Shown: positions 20,613 through 33,373, numbered from the stretch's first letter. The stretch: DNA of 64,000 nt from an uncultured Clostridia bacterium (GCA_947591045.1 CANQCV010000005.1:7681-71680), one strand, 5' to 3'. The notes: a model not told the origin generated them from the sequence alone. A program made the numbers and translations.

Positions 20613-22616
20613 ATGAAAAATAAAAAAATTTGTTGGATTCGAGTCTTAAAAAATATTTCTTATTTTGTTATTCCAATATTAATTGGTCTATCTATTCTAT
20701 CAATATTTTGTGTTGTGTATGGAAGAAAAAATGGAATAACTACACAAAAAGGAAGTTATTTTGATTCACATGAATTTTATGAAGATTACTACAACTGTAT
20801 TAAACAAGTGATAAGTAAGAAAAACTCACAAGAAAGCATAGAAAAAAATATAAAAGAGGGCATGGTAATAGATAATGGCAGTTACAACTATATGGATATA
20901 AATGGCAAAAAATATAAGATATACAACGATTATTTTAGTAATGGCAATTTTATATGTTTTTTTATAGATAATAAATATAACTTTGTTTATATAAATAAAC
21001 CATATGACATTTTTCCAACAACAGAAAAATTAAAAGAAGAAATTTTGCAAAACAGTAAATATTGGGTATATGAAAATGGAAAAGTCAATACTAGTATTTC
21101 AGGGCTTGACGAGAAATCAATAGAAAATACAAGTTTTTATCAATCAAACTTTAATAAGCAAAATTACACAATATATACAGCAATTATGGATGACCTACCA
21201 TATAATGATAACTTTTTTAGCAGTTTTATTATAACCGAAATAGTAAAAAGCTTTTCTCGCTCAGCAGTATATATTATTCCAATATCTATAATTCTGATAA
21301 TTATTATGGTATCTTTTATTCTAAATGGCATTGGCAAAACAAAAAAGGAAGAAGGTATTTATCTAAATTGGTTTGATAAATGGCCAATAGAAATTGTATT
21401 TTTAGCAGTAAGTCTTATAGTTTTTATTAGTTGTTATATAATATATGAAATATTTGATAGTTCGTATATTGAGATATTTGGTGTTATAGGCATTTGTATT
21501 TTAATATATGTTGCATTTATTATATTATTAGAAACCATTATAAAAAGAATAAAAGGACATGTATTTATAAAAAATACAATAATATATTGGATATGTGAAA
21601 AAATACAATTAATTTTAAAAAACACAAAATTATCAATGAAAATAGGCTTACTACTTGCTATATTTACTATTGTAAATTCTGTTGTACTTTCTTTTTCACG
21701 AAACCATAAATTTATGGCATTTATAATACTAATGACACTTTATGCACTTAGCTATATCTATATACTAAAAAAAGCAATATTATACCAAAAAATAAATGGA
21801 GCAATAGAACAAATTTATCATGGAAATACTACTATTAAATTAAATGAAGAAGAATTTACAGGGGAGCTTAAAAAATTGGCACTACAAGTAAACGACATAG
21901 CAGGAGGACTTTCAAATGCAGTAGAAGAAAGGCTAAAAAGCGAAAGACTAAAAACAGAGCTTATTACAAATGTATCACATGATATAAAAACTCCACTTAC
22001 CTCTATAATTAACTATGTAGATTTATTAAAAAAGGAAGATATTAGCACAGAAAAAGCAGCTGAATATTTAGCAATTTTAGATAATAAATCGCAAAGATTA
22101 AAAAAATTAACTGAAGATTTAGTAGAGGCATCAAAAGCATCTTCTGGAAATATTAAAATGAATATGGAAAAGTTAGAAGTAAATGAACTAATAAAACAGG
22201 TATCTGCCGAATTTGAAGATAAATTTAAAGCACGACAACTAGAAGAAATAATATCATATACAAAAGGGGCTGTGTATATTAGCGCTGATAGTAGACATAT
22301 ATATAGAGTATTAGAAAATATATATTCAAATACAGCTAAATATGCACTAGAAAAATCAAGAGTATATACAGATATTATCGAACATGGAGAAAATGTGATA
22401 ATACAAATAAAAAACATATCAAAACAAAAATTAAATATTTCAGCAGATGAATTAATTGAAAGATTTGTAAGAGGAGACACATCAAGAAGTGAAGAGGGAA
22501 GCGGATTAGGCTTATCTATTGCAAAAAGTTTAACAGAATTACAAAATGGACAATTTCACATATATGTAGACGGAGATTTATTTAAAATTACAATAGGATT
22601 TAAAAAATTGAAATAA
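20613..22616 (+). CDS. Membrane sensor histidine kinase
   Basis: NVSHDIKTPLTSI H-box, ENIYSNTAKY N-box, GSGLGLSI G-box. Confidence 0.93.
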   Translation: MKNKKICWIRVLKNISYFVIPILIGLSILSIFCVVYGRKNGITTQKGSYFDSHEFYEDYYNCIKQVISKKNSQESIEKNIKEGMVIDNGSYNYMDINGKKYKIYNDYFSNGNFICFFIDNKYNFVYINKPYDIFPTTEKLKEEILQNSKYWVYENGKVNTSISGLDEKSIENTSFYQSNFNKQNYTIYTAIMDDLPYNDNFFSSFIITEIVKSFSRSAVYIIPISIILIIIMVSFILNGIGKTKKEEGIYLNWFDKWPIEIVFLAVSLIVFISCYIIYEIFDSSYIEIFGVIGICILIYVAFIILLETIIKRIKGHVFIKNTIIYWICEKIQLILKNTKLSMKIGLLLAIFTIVNSVVLSFSRNHKFMAFIILMTLYALSYIYILKKAILYQKINGAIEQIYHGNTTIKLNEEEFTGELKKLALQVNDIAGGLSNAVEERLKSERLKTELITNVSHDIKTPLTSIINYVDLLKKEDISTEKAAEYLAILDNKSQRLKKLTEDLVEASKASSGNIKMNMEKLEVNELIKQVSAEFEDKFKARQLEEIISYTKGAVYISADSRHIYRVLENIYSNTAKYALEKSRVYTDIIEHGENVIIQIKNISKQKLNISADELIERFVRGDTSRSEEGSGLGLSIAKSLTELQNGQFHIYVDGDLFKITIGFKKLK

Positions 22617-22793
22617 TCATGATAAGCAAACAGTATGAAATATAATAAATATAGCCATACTATTAATAAAATAGTGTGGTTATATTTTTAATTTTTGTCA
22701 CAAAAACCATGAAAATTGCGATGAAAATTTCTTGACAATTAATATAGTAGGTATATAATTACATTGAAAAATTAGGATATATAAGGAGGAAAA

Positions 22794-25406
22794 ATGGCAA
22801 AAGAAATCACCGAAGAAGAAAAAAATGAAATTAATGATATGATAAATGGCCTTATGGAAAAGGCAAAAAAGGCATCAGAGGAATACTTAAAATTAGATCA
22901 AGACCAAGTTGATAACATTGTACAAGCAATGTCTATGGCAGGACTAGAACACCACATGGAACTTGCAAAAATGGCAGTAGAAGAAACAGGAAGAGGTATA
23001 TATGAGGATAAAATCACAAAGAACATGTTTGCCACAGAATATATATATCACAGTATTAAATATGATAAAACAGTAGGAGTTATTTCAGAAAACGAAGAAG
23101 AGGGCTATGAAGAAATAGCAGAACCAATTGGAATTATTGCAGGTGTTACACCAGTCACAAACCCAACATCAACAACCATGTTTAAATCAATTATTGCTGC
23201 AAAAACAAGAAATGTAATTGTATTTGGCTTTCACCCCTCATCACAAAAATGTAGTGTTCAAGCAGCAACATATTTAAGAGATGCAGCAATTAAAGCAGGA
23301 GCGCCAGAAAACTGTATTTTATGGATAGAAAAGCCATCTGTCGAGGCAACAAGAGCACTTATGAATCATCCAGATGTAAATTTAATTTTAGCAACAGGTG
23401 GAACAGGAATGGTAAAGTCTGCATATTCTTGTGGAAAACCTGCTTTAGGAGTAGGTCCAGGAAATGTCCCATGCTATATTGATAAAACAGCAAAATTAAA
23501 AACATCAGTAAATGATTTAGTTTTGTCAAAATCTTTTGACAATGGCATGATTTGTGCATCAGAACAGTCAGTAATTATTGATAGAGAAATAAAAGAAGAA
23601 TTTGAAGAATTAATGAAACAAGCAGGTTGCTACTTTTTATCAACAGAAGAAACAAAAAAGCTACGAGCTAGTATGTTTATAGAAGAAAAAGGATGCGCTC
23701 TAAATGCAGATATTGTTGGAAAAAGCCCATATAATATTGCAAAAGGAGCAGGAATAGAAGTACCAGAGGACACGAAAGTATTGGTATTACAAGAAAATGG
23801 TGTTGGAATAGAATATCCATTTTCAAAAGAAAAGTTAAGCCCAGTTTTAGCATATTATGTTGTAGACAGTAGTGACGAGGGAATTGAACTTGCAGAAAAA
23901 TTAATAGAATTTGGAGGACTAGGACATTCAGCAGTTATACATTCAGAGGATAGCGAAACTATCCAAAAATTTTCTGAAAAAGTAAAAGTAGGAAGAATTA
24001 TAGTAAATTCTCCATCAACACATGGCGCAATAGGAGATATATATAACACAAACATGCCATCACTTACTTTAGGATGTGGTACTTTTGGAGGAAATTCTAC
24101 AACAGCAAATGTATCAAGTGTTAATTTAATAAATATAAAAAGAGTCGCCAAAAGGAGAGTAAATATGCAGTGGTTTAAAATTCCAGAAAAAATATATTTT
24201 GAAGCAGGCTCAATCGGATATTTAGAAAAAATGCCTGAAATTACAAGAGCATTTATAGTAACAGACGAGGGAATGGAAAAATTAGGCTATATAGATAAAG
24301 TGCTATATCATTTAAGAAAAAGAAATGAATATGTACATTCTGAAATCTTTTCAGATGTTGAATCAGATCCATCTTTTGAAACCATAATGAAAGGTGTAGA
24401 AAGAATGAGAGAATTTAAACCTGATGTAATTATAGCAGTAGGTGGAGGAAGTCCAATAGATGCAGCAAAAGGAATGTGGCTTTTTTATGAACATCCAGAT
24501 GCAGATGTAGAGGGCCTAAAGCTAAAATTTATGGATATTAGAAAGCGTACCTATAAATTCCCTAAATTAGGAACTAAAGCAAAATTGGTAGCAATTCCTA
24601 CAACATCAGGAACAGGTTCAGAAGTAACTTCATTTGCAGTTATTACAGATAAAAAAACAAACAAAAAATATCCTTTGGCAGATTATGAACTAACGCCAGA
24701 TGTTGCAATTGTAGATCCGGATTTGGTATTAAGTTTACCAAAAAAAATTACAGCAGATACAGGAATGGATGTTTTAACACATGCAATTGAGGCATATGTT
24801 TCAAACATGGCGTCAGATTTTACAGATGGTTTAGCAGAAAAAGCAGTAGAATTAGTATTTAAAAACATAAGGCAGTGCTATAACAATGGAGATGACAAAG
24901 TAGCAAGAGAACACATGCATAATGCAAGCACAATAGCAGGTATGGCATTTACAAATGCATTTTTAGGTATAAACCATTCACTAGCGCATAAAATGGGTGC
25001 AGAATTCCATATGGCACATGGAAGAATAAATGCAATCTTACTTCCATATGTTATTAGATATAATAGTACAAAACCAACAAAATTTGTATCTTTCCCTAAA
25101 TATGAATACTTTATAGCAGACCAAAAATATGCAGATTTATCAAGAAGAATGAATTTCCCAGCATACACAAATGAAGAGGGAGTATGGTCTTTAATTAGAG
25201 AAGTACAAAAATTAAATGCAGATTTAGGAATAGAAAGATGCTTTAAAGATGCCGGAATTGATGAACAAGAATTTTTAAGTAAAGTTGATATGCTTGCAGA
25301 TAGAAGTTTTGAAGACCAATGTACAACATCAAACCCACGATTACCACTTGTAGAAGAATTAAAGCAAATATTATTAGATAGCTACTATGGAAATGAAATA
25401 AAGTAA
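22794..25406 (+). CDS. adhE: Bifunctional acetaldehyde-CoA/alcohol dehydrogenase
   Basis: ALDH half ([19 protein letters not shown]) fused to Fe-ADH half ([27 protein letters not shown]). Confidence 0.96.
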   Translation: MAKEITEEEKNEINDMINGLMEKAKKASEEYLKLDQDQVDNIVQAMSMAGLEHHMELAKMAVEETGRGIYEDKITKNMFATEYIYHSIKYDKTVGVISENEEEGYEEIAEPIGIIAGVTPVTNPTSTTMFKSIIAAKTRNVIVFGFHPSSQKCSVQAATYLRDAAIKAGAPENCILWIEKPSVEATRALMNHPDVNLILATGGTGMVKSAYSCGKPALGVGPGNVPCYIDKTAKLKTSVNDLVLSKSFDNGMICASEQSVIIDREIKEEFEELMKQAGCYFLSTEETKKLRASMFIEEKGCALNADIVGKSPYNIAKGAGIEVPEDTKVLVLQENGVGIEYPFSKEKLSPVLAYYVVDSSDEGIELAEKLIEFGGLGHSAVIHSEDSETIQKFSEKVKVGRIIVNSPSTHGAIGDIYNTNMPSLTLGCGTFGGNSTTANVSSVNLINIKRVAKRRVNMQWFKIPEKIYFEAGSIGYLEKMPEITRAFIVTDEGMEKLGYIDKVLYHLRKRNEYVHSEIFSDVESDPSFETIMKGVERMREFKPDVIIAVGGGSPIDAAKGMWLFYEHPDADVEGLKLKFMDIRKRTYKFPKLGTKAKLVAIPTTSGTGSEVTSFAVITDKKTNKKYPLADYELTPDVAIVDPDLVLSLPKKITADTGMDVLTHAIEAYVSNMASDFTDGLAEKAVELVFKNIRQCYNNGDDKVAREHMHNASTIAGMAFTNAFLGINHSLAHKMGAEFHMAHGRINAILLPYVIRYNSTKPTKFVSFPKYEYFIADQKYADLSRRMNFPAYTNEEGVWSLIREVQKLNADLGIERCFKDAGIDEQEFLSKVDMLADRSFEDQCTTSNPRLPLVEELKQILLDSYYGNEIK

Positions 25407-25415
25407 TAAATAAAT

Positions 25416-25446
25416 AAAAAAACGCTCTTTACAGAGCGTTTTTTTT
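25416..25446. terminator. Bidirectional terminator adhE/asnS
   Basis: aaaaaaacgctct-ttac-agagcgtttttttt. Confidence 0.85.
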
Positions 25447-25452
25447 ATATAA

Positions 25453-26844
25453 TTAAAATTCACAGTTTTTTGGAGTTCTTGCAAAAGGAATAACATCACG
25501 AATATTTCCCATTCCAGTAACATACATAATTAGTCTTTCAAAACCAAGACCAAAACCACTATGAGGAACACTTCCAAACTTTCTTAAATCTAAATACCAC
25601 CAATAATCTTCTTCATTTAGTCCAAATTTTTTGATTTTTTCTTTTAAAACTTCAAAATCATCTTCTCTTTGACTTCCACCAATAATCTCTCCAATTCCAG
25701 GAGCAAGAAGGTCAGCAGCAGCAACTGTTTTTCCATCAGGGTTTTGTTTCATATAAAAAGCTTTAATCTCTGCTGGGTAATCTGTTACAAAAACAGGTCT
25801 TTTATATATTTTTTCTGATAAAAATCTTTCATGTTCTGTTTGAAGATCTGTTCCCCAACTAACTGGGAATTGAAACTCACTATTATGTTCTTTTAAAATA
25901 TCAATAGCCTCTGTGTAGGTAACTCTACCAAAATCTGAGTTTACAACATGATTTAGTCTTTCTAGCAAAGTATTATCAATAAAACTATTAAAGAAATTCA
26001 TTTCATCAGGGCAATTTTCTAAAACATAAGAAATGATATATTTTAACATATCTTCTGCAACATCCATATATGTTTTTAAATCTGCAAAGCACATTTCAGG
26101 TTCAATCATCCAGAATTCAGATGCATGTTTTACTGTATTAGAATTTTCTGCTCTAAATGTTGGACCAAAAGTATATACATTTCTAAAAGCAAAAGCAAAT
26201 GTTTCAACATCTAATTGACCACTTACTGTAAGATGAGCAGGTCTTCCAAAAAAGTCTTTAGAAAAATCTACTTTTCCATCTTCTGTTTTTGGAATATTTT
26301 CATAATCTAATGTAGAAACATTAAACATTTCACCTGCACCCTCGCAGTCACTGCTAGTAATAAGAGGAGTGTGTACATAAACAAAGCCATTTTCTTGTAA
26401 GAATTTGTGAATTGCATATGATAAAACACTACGAACTCTAAATACCGCATTAAAAGTATTTGTTCTTGGGCGCAAATGTGCAACAGTACGCAAATATTCA
26501 AAAGTATGCCTTTTCTTTTGAAGAGGATATGTGCTATCTGCTAAATTAATAATATTTATTTCATTTGCCTTTATTTCAAATGGTTGTTTTGCATTTTCTG
26601 TTTTAACAACCTGTCCTGTTACTTCAATAGAAGAAATGATAGTTAATTTTCTAATTTCTTCAAAATTACTTAAAGAAGTATCAAAAACTACTTGTACATT
26701 TTTAAAGCAAGAACCATCATTTAATTCTATAAAACCAAAGTTTTTAGAATCTCTTAAAGTTCTTACCCAACCACTAATCTTAACTTCTTTGCCCTCATAA
26801 GTATCTGTTTTTTCAAATAAATCTTTTACAACAAGGCTTTCCAT
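25453..26844 (-). CDS. asnS: Asparagine--tRNA ligase
   Basis: [39 protein letters not shown] motifs. Confidence 0.96.
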   Translation of the reverse strand: MESLVVKDLFEKTDTYEGKEVKISGWVRTLRDSKNFGFIELNDGSCFKNVQVVFDTSLSNFEEIRKLTIISSIEVTGQVVKTENAKQPFEIKANEINIINLADSTYPLQKKRHTFEYLRTVAHLRPRTNTFNAVFRVRSVLSYAIHKFLQENGFVYVHTPLITSSDCEGAGEMFNVSTLDYENIPKTEDGKVDFSKDFFGRPAHLTVSGQLDVETFAFAFRNVYTFGPTFRAENSNTVKHASEFWMIEPEMCFADLKTYMDVAEDMLKYIISYVLENCPDEMNFFNSFIDNTLLERLNHVVNSDFGRVTYTEAIDILKEHNSEFQFPVSWGTDLQTEHERFLSEKIYKRPVFVTDYPAEIKAFYMKQNPDGKTVAAADLLAPGIGEIIGGSQREDDFEVLKEKIKKFGLNEEDYWWYLDLRKFGSVPHSGFGLGFERLIMYVTGMGNIRDVIPFARTPKNCEF

Positions 26845-27015
26845 AAATAATCCTCAACTCTTTCCATTTTTAAATAAGCTAATTAATAAATTTGTACTGT
26901 ATTTTATAGTATTATAACCCAAAAGTCAATATTTATAAATAAAAAATTTACCTTGCAAGTAAGGTATAACTATGATAAAATTTGTATAACAATGATATAT
27001 AAAAGGAGAAAAAAC

Positions 27016-27687
27016 ATGGGAAAATTATTTGTAATAGATGGAACAGATGGAAGCGGAAAACAAACGCAACTTCAAAAATTGAAAGAAAGATTTGATAAAG
27101 AAAAAATTGAATATAAAACAGTAAGTTTCCCAAATTATGATAGTCCAAGTTCAAGTTTAGTAAAAATGTATTTAGGAGGGGAGTTCGGCACAGACTCTAA
27201 AAAAATAAGCCCCTACATTGCATCTACTTTTTATGCAGCAGATAGATATGCAACATTTCAAAAAGGATATAAACAATATTATGATGATGGGGGAATTATT
27301 TTAGCAGATAGATACACAACCTCTAATATGGTACATCAAGCAGGAAAAATACAAAATGACCAAGAAAGAGAAAAATTCCTAAATTGGTTATGGGACTTTG
27401 AATTTAATCTATATGGACTTCCTGTACCAACACAAGTATTTTTCTTAAATATGCCAACAGAATATGCATTAAAATTAATGGAAAATAGAGAAAATAAAAT
27501 TACACATGAATCACAAAAAGATATTCATGAAAAAGATATAAATCACTTAAAAGATTCATATAACGAGGCTTGCAAATTAGTAAAAAAATATAATTGGTGT
27601 GAAATAAAATGCATAAAAGAAAATAAAATAAGAAGTATAGATGATATTCATGAAGATATATATTCACAAATAAAAAAGTATATATGA
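27016..27687 (+). CDS. tmk: Thymidylate kinase
   Basis: P-loop IDGTDGSGKQTQ, ADRY motif; ATG 27016 after AGGAG. Confidence 0.88.
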   Translation: MGKLFVIDGTDGSGKQTQLQKLKERFDKEKIEYKTVSFPNYDSPSSSLVKMYLGGEFGTDSKKISPYIASTFYAADRYATFQKGYKQYYDDGGIILADRYTTSNMVHQAGKIQNDQEREKFLNWLWDFEFNLYGLPVPTQVFFLNMPTEYALKLMENRENKITHESQKDIHEKDINHLKDSYNEACKLVKKYNWCEIKCIKENKIRSIDDIHEDIYSQIKKYI

Positions 27688-27754
27688 AAATACTTGTTTT
27701 TTTATGTAAAAGTGTATATAATAGAAAAATAAATTTTTATAGGAGATGAAACTT

Positions 27755-28045
27755 ATGGCACAAGTAAGCAAAGAAGAGTTATTGCATATAGCAAAACTTG
27801 CAGACCTAAATTTAAAAGAAGAAGAAACAGACAAATATTTATTACATCTTCAAGATATATTAAACTTTGCAAACATTGTAAGCAAAGCAGATGTAGAAAA
27901 TTTAGATATAACAGTAGGAGCAAACGAAACAAAAAATGTATTTCGTAAAGATGAAGTTGTTGCATTTGAAGACACAGACTCATTATTACAAAATGCACCA
28001 GACAAAGAGAGAAATATGTTTAAGATTCCAAAAGTTATCCAATAG
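27755..28045 (+). CDS. gatC: Asp/Glu-tRNA amidotransferase subunit C
   Basis: HIAKLADL, NVFRKDEV, FKIPKV; first gene of gatCAB. Confidence 0.92.
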   Translation: MAQVSKEELLHIAKLADLNLKEEETDKYLLHLQDILNFANIVSKADVENLDITVGANETKNVFRKDEVVAFEDTDSLLQNAPDKERNMFKIPKVIQ

Positions 28046-28082
28046 AATAAAATCTATTAGTCAAAAAATCAGGAGGGTATAA

Positions 28083-29552
28083 ATGGATATTATAGATTTT
28101 ACAGTGCATGAATTACAGGAAAAATTAAAAAACAAAGAACTTACAAGTTATGACATTACAAAAGCATATGCAGATAGAATTTTAGAAAAAGAAAAAGATG
28201 TACAAGCCTTTGTAACAGACATCTCACAACAGGCTTTAAGTAAAGCAAAAGAAATTGATAATAAAAAAGCATCAGGAGAAATTACAAATAGCCTAGCAGG
28301 AATTCCAATTGGAATAAAAGATAATATTTGCACAAAAGGCGTAAAAACAACATGTAGTTCAAAAATGTTAGAAAACTTTATTGCACCATATAACGCCACA
28401 GTAATGGAAAAAATAAACGAAGAAAACCTAATTAATTTAGGAAAATTAAATATGGACGAATTCGCAATGGGGGGTTCAACAGAATATTCATATTTCAAGA
28501 AAACTAAAAACCCATGGAACTTAAATAAAGTACCTGGTGGTTCTTCAGGAGGTTCAGCAGCCGCAGTATCAGCAGGACTTGTACCATGGGCATTAGGAAC
28601 AGATACAGGAGGTTCTATTAGACAGCCTGCAAGCTTTTGTGGAATTGTTGGCTTAAAACCAACTTATGGTTTAGTTTCAAGATATGGAGTTGTAGCATTT
28701 GCATCATCACTTGACCAAGTAGGCCCAATAACAAAAGATGTTACAGATTGTGCAATGTTACTAAATATAATTGCAGGTCATGACCAAAAAGATACAACAT
28801 CAGCTGATATAGAAAAAAAGGACTATACAAAAGCATTAAAAAATGATGTAAAAGGCTTAAAAATAGGTATTCCAAAAGAATATTTTGGAGAGGGAATAAA
28901 TAGTGAGGTAAAGGCATCTTTGCAAGATGCAATTAAAAGATACGAATCACTAGGAGCAGTAGTAGAAGAATGTTCTTTAAACATTGCAGACTATGCACTA
29001 GCTACATATTATATTATCGCATGTGCAGAGGCAAGTTCAAATTTAGGTAGATTTGATGGAATTCGCTATGGATATAGAACAAGTAATTACACAGATTTAA
29101 AAAGTTTATACAGAAATTCAAGGAGTGAGGGTTTTGGAGAAGAAGTAAAAAGAAGAATCATATTAGGAACATATGTGCTTTCATCAGGATATTATGATGC
29201 TTATTATAAAAAAGCACAAAAAGTAAGAACATTAGTAATGAAAGAATTTGCAAAATGTTTTGAAAAATATGATGTACTTTTAACTCCTACATCACCAACT
29301 GTTGCATTTGACATTGGTTCAAAATCAAGTAACCCATTAGAAATGTATTTATCAGATATTTGTACAGTATCTGTAAACATTGCAGGACTTCCAGCAATAT
29401 CAATTCCTTGTGGAGTAGATAAACAAAACATGCCAATAGGAATGCAATTAATAGGAAGTAGATTTAGTGAAGAAACAATTTTAAATGCTGCATATGCATT
29501 TGAACAAGACTATAAATTTAGAGAAAAATATAAACCCGAATTTAAGAAATAG
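28083..29552 (+). CDS. gatA: Asp/Glu-tRNA amidotransferase subunit A
   Basis: Amidase signature [27 protein letters not shown]. Confidence 0.96.
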   Translation: MDIIDFTVHELQEKLKNKELTSYDITKAYADRILEKEKDVQAFVTDISQQALSKAKEIDNKKASGEITNSLAGIPIGIKDNICTKGVKTTCSSKMLENFIAPYNATVMEKINEENLINLGKLNMDEFAMGGSTEYSYFKKTKNPWNLNKVPGGSSGGSAAAVSAGLVPWALGTDTGGSIRQPASFCGIVGLKPTYGLVSRYGVVAFASSLDQVGPITKDVTDCAMLLNIIAGHDQKDTTSADIEKKDYTKALKNDVKGLKIGIPKEYFGEGINSEVKASLQDAIKRYESLGAVVEECSLNIADYALATYYIIACAEASSNLGRFDGIRYGYRTSNYTDLKSLYRNSRSEGFGEEVKRRIILGTYVLSSGYYDAYYKKAQKVRTLVMKEFAKCFEKYDVLLTPTSPTVAFDIGSKSSNPLEMYLSDICTVSVNIAGLPAISIPCGVDKQNMPIGMQLIGSRFSEETILNAAYAFEQDYKFREKYKPEFKK

Positions 29553-29564
29553 GAGGTAAAATTT

Positions 29565-30020
29565 ATGGACTATATAAAAGAAATACGAAGTATGGTGGGA
29601 CATAAACCAATTATTCTTTGCGGGGTTGGTTGTCTTATCTTTAACGAAAAAGGTGAAGTACTTTTACAAAAAAGAGCAGATGACGGAAAATGGAGCAACT
29701 TAGGCGGATATATAGAGCTAGGAGAAACAATAGAAGAAACAGCCAAAAGAGAAGTTTTAGAAGAGGCAGGCTTAAAAATAAATAACCCAAAACTATTCAA
29801 TATATATAGTGGAGAGAGCCAACATCATATATATCCAAACCAAGACGAAACATATATTATAAATATCATGTTACAAACAAACGAATATGATGGAAATGTA
29901 AAAATAATGGACGGAGAAAGTGAAGAACTTAGATTCTTCAAAATAGACGAAATTCCAGAAGATGTAATGAAACCTTTTGAGGCAGTAAAAAAAGACTTGC
30001 AAGAAAGATATGTAAAATAA
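29565..30020 (+). CDS. NUDIX hydrolase inserted between gatA and gatB
   Basis: Nudix box GGYIELGETIEETAKREVLEEAG. Confidence 0.9.
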   Translation: MDYIKEIRSMVGHKPIILCGVGCLIFNEKGEVLLQKRADDGKWSNLGGYIELGETIEETAKREVLEEAGLKINNPKLFNIYSGESQHHIYPNQDETYIINIMLQTNEYDGNVKIMDGESEELRFFKIDEIPEDVMKPFEAVKKDLQERYVK

Positions 30021-30042
30021 AAAAAGAAAGGAAATATAAAAC

Positions 30043-31485
30043 ATGTCAAGAGAAGATTATGAAGTGGTAATAGGGCTAGAGGTACACGCAGAACTTTCTA
30101 CAAAAACTAAAATATTTTGTTCATGTTCTACTGAATTTGGTGGAGAGCCAAATACACATGTTTGTCCTATTTGTATGGCAATGCCGGGTTCACTTCCTGT
30201 TTTAAATGAAAAAGTTGTAGAATATGCAGTAAAAGCAGGACTAGCTACAAACTGTGATATTTCAAAAGATAGTAAAAATGATAGAAAAAATTATTTTTAT
30301 CCAGACCTTCCAAAATCATATCAAATATCACAATTTGATAAACCTCTTTGTGAACATGGCTATGTTGAAATAGAAGACGAAGAGGGTAGTCCTAAAAAAA
30401 TTGGCTTAACTAGAATTCATATAGAAGAAGACGCAGGAAAACTAAATCACAATGAATTCGGAGGAGGAAGTTTAGTCGATTTAAATAGAGCAGGAGTACC
30501 ATTAATTGAAATTGTGTCAGAGCCAGATATACGCTCTGCAGAAGAGGCAGAAAGATATTTAAAAAAATTAAAATCAATTTTGGAATATATTGAAGTATCA
30601 GACTGCAAAATGCAAGAGGGTTCACTAAGAGCAGATGTAAATGTTTCTGTTAGAAAAAGAGGAGCAAAAGAATTTGGAACAAGAACAGAAATGAAAAACA
30701 TGAACTCTTTTAAAGCAATTACAAGAGCAATAGAATATGAAAAAGATAGACAGATAGATGTAATAGAAGAAGGAGGAAAAATATATCAAGAAACATTAAG
30801 ATGGGATGATGTATCAGGAAAAACTTTTTCTATGAGAGATAAAGAAGATGCACAAGATTATCGCTATTTCCCAGAGCCAGATTTAGTAGCAATTAAACTT
30901 TCAGACGAATATATACAAAAAATAAAAAACGAATTGCCAGAATTGCCAGAAAGCAGAAAAGCAAGATATATGGAAGAATTTAAGCTTTCTGAAAAAGATA
31001 GTAGACTACTTACTGCATCAAAATATTTATCAAACATATTTGAACAAGCACAAAAAATTTGTGGTAATGCAAAAGCAGTTGCAAACTGGTTACTTTCTGA
31101 TATATCAAGAATATTAAATGAAAAAGAAATAGAGCCAGAAAACATTCCTTTTACAGGTAAAGATTTAGCAAAATTAGTAAGTTTAATAGATAACGGAACA
31201 ATAAGTTCTGCAATTGGAAAAAAAGTGGTAGAAGAATTATTCGAAAACCCAAAAGATCCAGAAGAAATAATAAAAGAAAAAGGCTGGATACAAATTTCTG
31301 ATGAGGGAGCTATTAAAGAAATAGTACTTAAAATATTAGAAAATAACCCACAATCAATTGCAGATTACAAAGCAGGAAAAGATAGAGCATTAGGCTTTTT
31401 AGTAGGGCAAGCAATGAAAGAAACAAAAGGAAAAGCAAACCCTCAAATGTTAAATAAAATGTTTTTGGAAGAATTAAATAAATAA
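30043..31485 (+). CDS. gatB: Asp/Glu-tRNA amidotransferase subunit B
   Basis: IGLEVHAEL, YFYPDLPK, YRYFPEPDL motifs. Confidence 0.96.
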   Translation: MSREDYEVVIGLEVHAELSTKTKIFCSCSTEFGGEPNTHVCPICMAMPGSLPVLNEKVVEYAVKAGLATNCDISKDSKNDRKNYFYPDLPKSYQISQFDKPLCEHGYVEIEDEEGSPKKIGLTRIHIEEDAGKLNHNEFGGGSLVDLNRAGVPLIEIVSEPDIRSAEEAERYLKKLKSILEYIEVSDCKMQEGSLRADVNVSVRKRGAKEFGTRTEMKNMNSFKAITRAIEYEKDRQIDVIEEGGKIYQETLRWDDVSGKTFSMRDKEDAQDYRYFPEPDLVAIKLSDEYIQKIKNELPELPESRKARYMEEFKLSEKDSRLLTASKYLSNIFEQAQKICGNAKAVANWLLSDISRILNEKEIEPENIPFTGKDLAKLVSLIDNGTISSAIGKKVVEELFENPKDPEEIIKEKGWIQISDEGAIKEIVLKILENNPQSIADYKAGKDRALGFLVGQAMKETKGKANPQMLNKMFLEELNK

Positions 31486-31528
31486 AAAGAAAAAACATAA
31501 AACTATTAGTTTTATGTTTTTTTAGTAA

Positions 31529-31777
31529 TTAAGAATGCATAGCCTTTTTCATTCTATTAAAAATAAACCCATAAGCAATAAATGCTACAAAGAAAAATAA
31601 GCTTGTTTCAAATAAAGAAATACCAATATAAAATAAATTTGGAATATGTATAGTTTTGTATATTGCTAAAATAAAAGTTGAAAATAAACAAAAAACAAAA
31701 CTAAAATGTATACCCGAATACATCAGCTTAAGAATACTTTTATCAAAATTTTTGAATTCATCTAAAATCTTTTTCAT
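31529..31777 (-). CDS. Small membrane protein, hypothetical
   Basis: 82-aa ORF with two hydrophobic segments, RBS-like AGCGAGGT upstream. Confidence 0.55.
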   Translation of the reverse strand: MKKILDEFKNFDKSILKLMYSGIHFSFVFCLFSTFILAIYKTIHIPNLFYIGISLFETSLFFFVAFIAYGFIFNRMKKAMHS

Positions 31778-31884
31778 AAAATACCTCGCTTTCGTACAAA
31801 TAAATATATCACTAAATATATGTTAACATAATTTTAACACGAACTCAAATGAAAATTATTCCAATAAAAAAAATATAAATTATA

Positions 31885-31901
31885 TGTCGAAATTTGTCGT
31901 A
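31885..31901 (+). promoter_or_regulatory. Tandem Spo0A-like boxes
   Basis: TGTCGAA at 31885 and TGTCGTA at 31895, 10-bp spacing. Confidence 0.45.
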
Positions 31902-31962
31902 TGATTTATATTGAAAATATGATAATATTTTTGTATAATAAATTATATTTAGGAGAAATAAA

Positions 31963-32199
31963 ATGAAAGAAGTTATAGAAGTAAAACCATTGCCAGACTA
32001 TAGGTTACTATTAGTATTTAGTAATAAAGAGCAGAGAATAAAAGATATGAAACCATATTTAGAAAAGGGAATTTTTAAACAATTGAAGAACGAGCAATTT
32101 TTTAAAAATGTTAAAGTACTATATGGGGCAGTGTCGTGGAATGAAACAATTGAATTATGTGCAGATAGCTTATATGATACAAGTATTCCAGTAGAATAA
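31963..32199 (+). CDS. DUF2442-like protein (solitary antitoxin-like)
   Basis: EVKPLPDYRLLLVFSN...F..VKV.YGAVSWNETIELCADSLY pattern. Confidence 0.7.
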   Translation: MKEVIEVKPLPDYRLLLVFSNKEQRIKDMKPYLEKGIFKQLKNEQFFKNVKVLYGAVSWNETIELCADSLYDTSIPVE

Positions 32200-32297
32200 A
32201 AGCTTTAATAAGTTATTTTTAACTACATAAAAAACAAATAGGAAAGGATCTCCTATTTGTTTTTTTAAAATAAAAAACTGTGCACAATTTTTTATAT

Positions 32298-32564
32298 TTA
32301 TGCCTTAACAGCATTTAACTTTTTAGCTAAATTTGATTTTTTTCTAGCAGCTGTATTTTTAACGATAACACCTTTTGTACAAGCTTGGTCGATTTTTTTT
32401 GTAGCATCAGAAAATAATTTATTAGCTTTTTCCATATCCTTGCTATTTAAAGCTTCTTCAAATCTTTTTATAGCTGTTTTGTATTCAGATTTAATCATAT
32501 TATTTCTTAATGTTTTTTTCTCTATAACACTAACGCGTTTAATTGCTGACTTAATATTTGGCAT
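32298..32564 (-). CDS. rpsT: 30S ribosomal protein S20
   Basis: MPNIKSAIKRV...KGVIVKNTAARKKS. Confidence 0.97.
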   Translation of the reverse strand: MPNIKSAIKRVSVIEKKTLRNNMIKSEYKTAIKRFEEALNSKDMEKANKLFSDATKKIDQACTKGVIVKNTAARKKSNLAKKLNAVKA

Positions 32565-32801
32565 CTTTTAGCACCTCCTTGGCCTTTATGTAAATATAAC
32601 GCATATTATTATATCATGTAAATTTAGTTTTGACAAGTGTTTTACAAAATAAAAAGCTTGAAATTTAAAAAAATATTTAAAAATCACAAATATTTCAAAT
32701 AAGATTTTTTTAAGTAATATACTTGAAAAATACATAATAAACATATATAATAAGGATACAATTTAAAACAAAATGTACAATATTGAAAGGAGAAAGAAGT
32801 T

Positions 32802-33332
32802 ATGAATACAAAAATAACAAGTAAAGAATTAGTACCAACAGAGGCAATCAAAGATTATATTGATAAAAAATCTGAAAGATTGGTAAAATATTTTGGAGAA
32901 AATATAGATGTAAATGTTACAATAAAAACAGAGGGAAACAGCCAAGTAGCAGAAATGAGTATAAGAGTAGATGGTACAGATTATAGAGCGGTTACAGCCC
33001 ATAAAGATTTATACGCATCTATTGACAAAGATATTGATATATTAGAGGGACAAATTAGAAAATCAAAAACAAAAAATGATAAACAAAACATGACAGAATC
33101 AATTAGAGTAAAACAAGCGGTGCAAGAAAAAGAAACAGAAGTAACAAACGAAATAATAAAAGTTTTGTATTATGATATTAAACCAATGACACCAGAAGAC
33201 GCAAAACTAAAACTACAAGAACAACCACAAAATAAATTTTTGACATTCATAGATATTGACACAGGAAAAACAAATGTAATATATCGTTTAAAAGATAACA
33301 AAAACTTTGGTTTAGTAGAACCAGAATCATAA
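32802..33332 (+). CDS. hpf: Ribosome hibernation promoting factor (long HPF)
   Basis: DLYASIDKDIDILEGQIRK; C-terminal IKPMTPEDA...NVIYR. Confidence 0.9.
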   Translation: MNTKITSKELVPTEAIKDYIDKKSERLVKYFGENIDVNVTIKTEGNSQVAEMSIRVDGTDYRAVTAHKDLYASIDKDIDILEGQIRKSKTKNDKQNMTESIRVKQAVQEKETEVTNEIIKVLYYDIKPMTPEDAKLKLQEQPQNKFLTFIDIDTGKTNVIYRLKDNKNFGLVEPES

Positions 33333-33373
33333 AATAAAATGCAAAAACAACAATAAGAATAAAACAAAAAAAT

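Noticed and set aside
22690-22745. Rex operator upstream of adhE
   Set aside because: No convincing match to the TTGTGAA-N4-TTCACAA palindrome
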